A stretch of 64,000 nucleotides of DNA from an uncultured Gemmatimonadales bacterium (GTDB lineage Bacteria; Gemmatimonadota; Gemmatimonadetes; Longimicrobiales; Longimicrobiaceae). A program made the translations under genes and the position numbers. The stretch covers positions 6,208,001 to 6,272,000 of the forward strand of contig OY970303.1 in NCBI GenBank assembly GCA_963716255.1, read 5' to 3'. The notes beneath the pieces were generated by a model. The model was given only the letters and a program-made list of their open reading frames with translations, was not told the origin of the DNA and ran no database searches. Shown here in pieces: positions 59,091 through 64,000 of the stretch (position 1 is its first letter; the number at the start of each line of letters is the position of its first letter).

Positions 59091-59231
59091 GCTACCCGAG
59101 TTTATTGTGATGCCAGCTTGGGACTACCTGAAATGAGGGCGGACGTTCACTACCCGACTTTGGTTTGGAGACCCCCCCAAAAAACCAGAGAACACGCGAA
59201 AGCGACTACCTGACTTTATTGTTCGCCTACA
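59091..59231 (-). repeat. Transposon end with spaced TnsB-binding sites (Tn7L-like)
   Basis: CTACCCGAGTTTATT (~59092), ACTACCCGACTTT (~59149), GACTACCTGACTTTATT (~59204); terminal ACA at 59229-59231. Confidence 0.9.
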
Positions 59232-59248
59232 ACGGCAGAATCAGAAGC

Positions 59249-59277
59249 GGCCCGGCTCGGGAAGTCCGAGCCGGGCC
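59249..59277. terminator. 12-bp hairpin, likely the original glmS terminator displaced by the insertion
   Basis: GGCCCGGCTCGG-GAAGT-CCGAGCCGGGCC, 12 bp beyond the target duplication. Confidence 0.65.
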
Positions 59278-59334
59278 ATTCTGTTCCGCGCACTTTAATG
59301 GGGTTCCACGCTCGTCAACGGTCTCGCCGAGAGC

Positions 59335-60191
59335 CTACCTGCCTTCGCGGGCGTGCAGCCGGTCGAAGGCCGCGGCGGGGGCCTCGAAGGTGGCGAACCC
59401 GTTGGTGACCCGCGCGCTCTCCACGCCCAGCGAGTCGCGGAGGTGGCGCCAGAACTGGACGTCGGTGAGGCTCGGCGCGGTCGCGCCCGCGATGTCGCCG
59501 GCACTCGAGAACAGGAACGGGTGGTTGTGCAGGTGGGCGACCGCGCGCCATCCCTCCTTCTGGTCGGCGGCGACGTGCTCGAAGAGCTGGGGGGCCACGG
59601 GGCGCCGCTCCCCGCGAAATAGACGCGGACCTGGCGGCTCCCGGAGTCGCCCCGCTCCATCACCACCGCCTGGAATTCCGTCGGGTGCGAGGCCATGGGG
59701 AAACGCGACGCCTGGTATTCGACCAGGAGCGCTTCCAGGCACTCGATGGGGCGCATCGTGCCGATGGAGCCGGCGAGCACGATCCGTCCGTTCGCCGCCT
59801 CCCCCTGGTTGTCGGAGCCGGGCCGGCCGGCATAGTACGCGACCTGGCGCTCGAGGAGGGCGCGCGCGTCCAGCGCCCCGGTCCGGATCCGGACCGTGTC
59901 CAGGAACGAGGAGAGTGCCGGAAGGCGCGAGAGCTCCACGCTCCGGGGCAGCTGCCGGGCGTCGTACGTCCAGGACTGAAGGACGGTGTCGGCGGCCTGG
60001 CGGAGCACCACGGGCGCGTTGGGCCAGAGGCAGCCGCTCGCGCCGGCGGGCGGGGACACGGCGGGGCCGCCCCGGCCCACGCATGCCGCCAGCAGGAGGG
60101 CGGCTGTCGCGACCCGCAGCCGGAACGGGCGGACTCGGCAGAGAAGGATGGCGCGAGCCCTCGAGAAGGCGGAGGCGGCGACGCGCTCCAC
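59335..60191 (-). pseudogene. Frameshifted lipoprotein with a JAB/MPN-like metal motif (or a sequencing indel)
   Basis: N-part (LLLAAC...FAGSGAPWPP) and C-part (QLFEH...HLHNHPF...APSLTD) are in different frames, joined at the G6 run 59589-59594. Confidence 0.55.
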
Positions 60192-60192
60192 C

Positions 60193-60780
60193 CTACTGAC
60201 CAGCGCGGGCCGGCCGGGGGAGCGCCGTGGGCGGCACGAGGTTGTTCAGGCGCATGTAGTTGGCGATCTGGCTGTAGTGGTCCGCCATGTCCACCACGTG
60301 GCCCAGCACCATGCTCGCGCGGGTCACCGTGCGCGACTGGCCGCGGAACGACATGCTCACCTGGTCGGCCAGCCTCGCGTCGTCGAGCTGCGCCAGCGCT
60401 TGCTCGCAGAACGCGAACGACGCGTTGAGCTTCGCCAGCAGCTTTTCCCGGGGCCAGCCGGCCTTGACCGAGTCGGCGGTCGCGGTGTCCTCCGCCGCCA
60501 GCGAAGCCTTCATGTCGCCGAACTGGTTGCAGAACAGGTAGTTGTCGCTCGCCAGGTGCTGGGCGATGTAGCCGATGGAGAGCTGCACGGGGGTGGGCTT
60601 GTACGTGAACAGCCGCCCCGGGATGGAGTCGAACGCCTGGGCGAGGTTCCGCTGGAGGGCCAGGGTCCGCCCCCGGAACACCTCGGTGACGGGGTTCGCC
60701 GGCGGGCCGCCCGACGGCTGCTGGGCGGCGAGGCCCGCCGGCAGGGCCAGGGCGAGGAGCACTGCGCAGGAGATCTTCAT
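60193..60780 (-). CDS. Secreted DinB-family protein
   Basis: Signal peptide; YKPT...HLA..NY..C, H..DHYSQIANYMRLNNLVPP. Confidence 0.8.
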   Translation of the reverse strand: MKISCAVLLALALPAGLAAQQPSGGPPANPVTEVFRGRTLALQRNLAQAFDSIPGRLFTYKPTPVQLSIGYIAQHLASDNYLFCNQFGDMKASLAAEDTATADSVKAGWPREKLLAKLNASFAFCEQALAQLDDARLADQVSMSFRGQSRTVTRASMVLGHVVDMADHYSQIANYMRLNNLVPPTALPRPARAGQ

Positions 60781-60898
60781 AGGTCCTCTCGGGAGCAGGG
60801 TGGGAGTCGTCGTGATACTCGGTGGCGCGGCCGACTTGCGCAACTCCCCGGGCTCCGCGCGGCCTCCGCGCCAGCCGGTCCCGGCGCGTATCGCCGCG

Positions 60899-63376
60899 TC
60901 AGCCTTCCGCCCTCAGCGCCTCCGTGGGATCGATGCTGAGCGCGCGCCGGAGCGGCACCGCGCACGCCACGAGCCCCGCGGCCAGCATCACGCCGTCCGC
61001 GGCGAGGAGCAGCAGGACGTCGCGCGTGGATCCCAGCCCCAGCAGCGCGGCCAGCCCGCTCCCGGCGAGCACGCCCGCGCTGACCTGCAGGAGCGCGCGC
61101 GAGAAGATGCCGGCCACGATCCGTCCCCGGCTCGCGCCGAGCGCGGCGCGGATGCCGATCTCGCGCGTCCGCCGCGCGACGGTGAACGACATCAGCGAGT
61201 GGATGCCGGTCGCCGACAGCAGCAGCACGATGAACGAGATCAGCCAGGCGACCGAGGTCAGCGCCCAGTTCATCTGCGCCTCGCCGCCCCCCACCCGGGC
61301 GAGCGGCTGCACGTCGGTCAGGCGGATCGTGGGATCGACGTCGGCGGCGACCGTGCGCAGGCGCGCGGCGAACGCGTCCGGGTCGCTCACGCGAATGGCG
61401 AGGCTCACGGCCGCGCCCGGCGCGGGCAGGCGCGGGCGGTATATCGCCGACTGCTCCTCCGGCCGGTCCAGCTGCCAGCCGAAGTCCCGGACCATGCCGA
61501 CGACCTCGTACCAGTCGTCGCCGGCGACGCTCTCGTCCTCCCCTTCCGCGATGCGGATGCGCTGGCCGATGGGGTTGCGCCCGCCGAACACGTGGCGCGC
61601 GAACGACTGGTTCACGATCAGCACGCGGCCGCCCTCGAAGTCGAGCGGCTGGAAGTCGCGGCCGGCGACCACCGCGGTGCCGAAGGCGGCGAAGAAGCCG
61701 CGGGAAACCTGCACGAGCGTGCTCCTGCGCAGGCCGGTGGCGGGAGCGCCGGCCGTGGTGTCGACCTCGATGCGGTACTTGAACTGGTCCATGACCGGGA
61801 GCCGGTCGGCGAACGTCACCTGCTCGACGCCGGGCTCCGCGCGGAGCCGCCGCTCCAGCTCGTCGAAGCCGAGGCGCGCGCGCCCGGCGAACGCGGCCGG
61901 ATCGGCGCCGTGGTCCTCGCGGTCGATGTCCACGCTCGCGGACAGGTACCGCTCCGCGCCGATCCCCTCCGCCCTCTGCCGGAACCGGTTCGACTCGAAC
62001 ACGCCGCCGGCGGCCAGCGGGAGGAACGCCACGGTGATGGCGACCTGCACGACGATCACCGCGGTCCAGAAGCCGCCGAACCGGAGCCCGGAGCGCGCCG
62101 CGCCGGCGCTGCGGAGCGCGTCCTGCGCGTTTCGCCTCGTGACCCGCAGCGCCGGCAGGATGCCGACGATCGCGGCGCCGAAGAGCGTGAGCCCCGTCGC
62201 GTACAGCACGGTCCGCCACGACAGGCTGTCGTCGTACCAGAACGGCAGCGCGCCGCTGAAGGCGACCATGCCCAGCCCCCAGCGCAGCGCGACCTTCGCG
62301 ACGGCCAGCCCGATCACCGCCGCGAGGCCGGCCAGCACCAGCGCCTCGACGAACAGCTGCGTGACGATGCGGGCGCGGCTGGCGCCGAGCGCGTTGCGAA
62401 CCGCGATCTCCCAGCCCCGCGTGGCCGTCCGGGCGAACACCAGCGTCGCCACGTTCACGCAGATGACGGCCAGCAGCATCAGGAAGATGCCGTTCACCAG
62501 GTTCAGCAGCCGCATGACGAAGCGCCCCTCGCCGCTCTCGACCAGCGGCTTCTCGTACGGCGTGACGCGGGGCCTGAGGTGCTCGTGCGTCGCCGGGCTG
62601 GCGGCCGCGAGGCGCGCCCCGATCACGTCCAGCTCGGCCTGCGCGTCCTCCATGGACTTGCCGGGCGCGAGGCGGCCGAAGACCCGCACGGCCGGACCGG
62701 TGCGCGGCGCGAGCCGGGAGCCGTCCACGCGCAGCGGCGTCCAGATGCGCTGGCTCACGGGGAAGCCGAAGCCTTCCGGCATCACGCCGACGATGGTCGC
62801 CGCGACGGTGCCCAGCGTCACCGTCCGGCCCACCACGTTGGGATCGCTCGCGAAGCGTGCCGTCCACACCGCGTAGCCCAGGACGAGCACCGGCGGCTCC
62901 GCCGGCCGTTCGTCCTGCTCCGTCAGCGCGCGGCCCAGCAGCGGCCTCGTCCCCATCAGCCGGAACGCGTTTGCCGTGACCTCCGCTCCGGGCACCGGCT
63001 CCACCTGTCCGTCTTCGGTGGCGAGGTTCCGCACGAAGGGGATCGCCGCGCCCAGGAGGTCCACCGACGTGACCTGCTCGCGCCAGGTCGCGTAGTCGTG
63101 CAGCGATCGTACGTCGGGCTCCTGCGCCTTCGCGTCCCAGTCGAGGATCGACACCACGCGGTCGGCGTCCGGGACCGGCAGCCGCGGGTGCTTGAACTTG
63201 TCGAGCGTCTCGAAGTACAGCGTGCCCAGCGCGATGGCGACCGCGATCGCCACCGTGGCCACCAGGGTGAGCCCCGGGTACCGCACCAGCATGCGGAACC
63301 CGACCTTGAAGTCCAGCCAGGAAAAAGGGAGCCGGTCCGCGCGGTCGGGTCCGATGCGGGCGAAGGGGTTGTTCAT
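60899..63376 (-). CDS. MacB/FtsX-type duplicated ABC transporter permease
   Basis: D.K.GFRML.RYPG, CVNVA.L.FAR...EIAVR.ALGASR, RTREIGIRAALGA, IDPTEALRAE. Confidence 0.88.
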   Translation of the reverse strand: MNNPFARIGPDRADRLPFSWLDFKVGFRMLVRYPGLTLVATVAIAVAIALGTLYFETLDKFKHPRLPVPDADRVVSILDWDAKAQEPDVRSLHDYATWREQVTSVDLLGAAIPFVRNLATEDGQVEPVPGAEVTANAFRLMGTRPLLGRALTEQDERPAEPPVLVLGYAVWTARFASDPNVVGRTVTLGTVAATIVGVMPEGFGFPVSQRIWTPLRVDGSRLAPRTGPAVRVFGRLAPGKSMEDAQAELDVIGARLAAASPATHEHLRPRVTPYEKPLVESGEGRFVMRLLNLVNGIFLMLLAVICVNVATLVFARTATRGWEIAVRNALGASRARIVTQLFVEALVLAGLAAVIGLAVAKVALRWGLGMVAFSGALPFWYDDSLSWRTVLYATGLTLFGAAIVGILPALRVTRRNAQDALRSAGAARSGLRFGGFWTAVIVVQVAITVAFLPLAAGGVFESNRFRQRAEGIGAERYLSASVDIDREDHGADPAAFAGRARLGFDELERRLRAEPGVEQVTFADRLPVMDQFKYRIEVDTTAGAPATGLRRSTLVQVSRGFFAAFGTAVVAGRDFQPLDFEGGRVLIVNQSFARHVFGGRNPIGQRIRIAEGEDESVAGDDWYEVVGMVRDFGWQLDRPEEQSAIYRPRLPAPGAAVSLAIRVSDPDAFAARLRTVAADVDPTIRLTDVQPLARVGGGEAQMNWALTSVAWLISFIVLLLSATGIHSLMSFTVARRTREIGIRAALGASRGRIVAGIFSRALLQVSAGVLAGSGLAALLGLGSTRDVLLLLAADGVMLAAGLVACAVPLRRALSIDPTEALRAEG

Positions 63377-63431
63377 GGGCTCATTCCCTTTCCAAGGTAG
63401 GCCGGCCGCCGGTTCCGGGGGCCGGCAGGGC

Positions 63432-64000
63432 TCACGCGGGCGCCTGCTTTCCCACGACGCTCCCGATCCAGGTCGGGAGATAGGGCGAGGTGCACCCCTT
63501 GGAGACGGGGTAGTCCCGGTAGAGGCCCAGCCTCTCGCCGAGCGCGATGCACCGGCTCCGCAGGCCCTCGTCCGCGATGCCGATCTGCGCCGCGCACCAG
63601 TTCATGTTCCACTGCACCTTCTCGCCCGCCGCGGGCAGGTCCCGCTCGATGTGCTCCAGCAGCTGCTCGTTGAGCGCGTGGTCGCCCGCCCGGATCGACC
63701 GGGCCTGCACCGACCAGAACACCCGCTGCCTGACCGTCGAGCGGTCGGAGCGCCACTTCGCCGTCTCGTTCCTGAGGGCGGCCTTCTTCATGACCACGCT
63801 CGCGATCATCCAGTCCAGCAGCTGCGACTGCTCCTTTCCCTCGGCGGCCTCGATGTCCGCGACGAGCCTTGCCATGCAGGGAACGTCGACCGTCCTGAGC
63901 TCCAGGACGAGAAGGGACAGCATCCTGGCGCTGAAGCCGCCGCTCTTCCACAGGTGGGCCGCGAGCTCGGAGCTCTTTCCCTGCTCCTTTGCGATCGCCC
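63432..64000 (-). CDS. DNA alkylation repair (AlkD-like HEAT) protein, 5' end outside window
   Basis: LWKSG...KVQWNMNWC...IG....LR.RCIALGE.LG.Y.DYPVSKGCTSPY. Confidence 0.6.
   Translation of the reverse strand, partial: AIAKEQGKSSELAAHLWKSGGFSARMLSLLVLELRTVDVPCMARLVADIEAAEGKEQSQLLDWMIASVVMKKAALRNETAKWRSDRSTVRQRVFWSVQARSIRAGDHALNEQLLEHIERDLPAAGEKVQWNMNWCAAQIGIADEGLRSRCIALGERLGLYRDYPVSKGCTSPYLPTWIGSVVGKQAPA

Larger units (their letters stand above)
15278..59231 (+). mobile_element. Tn7-like transposon inserted at the glmS att site (43,954 bp)
   Basis: Ends TGTTGGTGAACAATAAAGTCGGGTAGTCGC and (reverse complement) TGTAGGCGAACAATAAAGTCAGGTAGTCGC; target duplication ACGGC at 15273-15277 and 59232-59236; 25 bp after glmS stop; tnsA/B/C/D present. 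Confidence 0.97.

Noticed and set aside
60575..63400. 941-aa plus-strand ORF
   Set aside because: Antisense shadow of the ABC permease

Overview
High-GC bacterial chromosomal window. Gene content and style suggest a Gemmatimonadota/Longimicrobium-like host; this is inference. Housekeeping genes (metallophosphoesterase, uvrC-like, hybrid kinase, mutM, purD, cystathionine gamma-synthase/lyase, S8 protease, glmM, glmS) flank a complete 43,954-bp Tn7-like transposon (15278-59231). The element is inserted 25 bp downstream of the glmS stop, with TGT...ACA ends, TnsB-site arrays and a perfect 5-bp ACGGC target duplication. Its core is unusual. A full TniQ/TnsD is fused in frame to TnsA, although TnsA has its own internal promoter, RBS and ATG. 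A small ORF carrying a TnsC-like motif lies between tnsB and tnsC. No tnsE or cas gene is recognisable. A second full TnsD, about 25 kb away, is translationally coupled to a Cas4/AddB-like PD-(D/E)XK nuclease, a candidate new target-selection module. A shared TTCG-N7-TTCG operator-like motif precedes tnsA and the nuclease-tnsD2 operon, with a variant before the host uvrC-like gene, suggesting SOS/LexA control; the element also carries its own lexA. Cargo is defence-rich: three nuclease-STAND (Avs-like) proteins, AbiV-like, Nmad2, RES and two HEPN proteins. It also includes a TPR/secreted-peptide/AraC/HTH regulatory cluster and an IS1380. Two structured intergenic repeat families with compensatory base changes occur in the host flank. 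All family assignments come from motifs recognised by eye; no searches were run.
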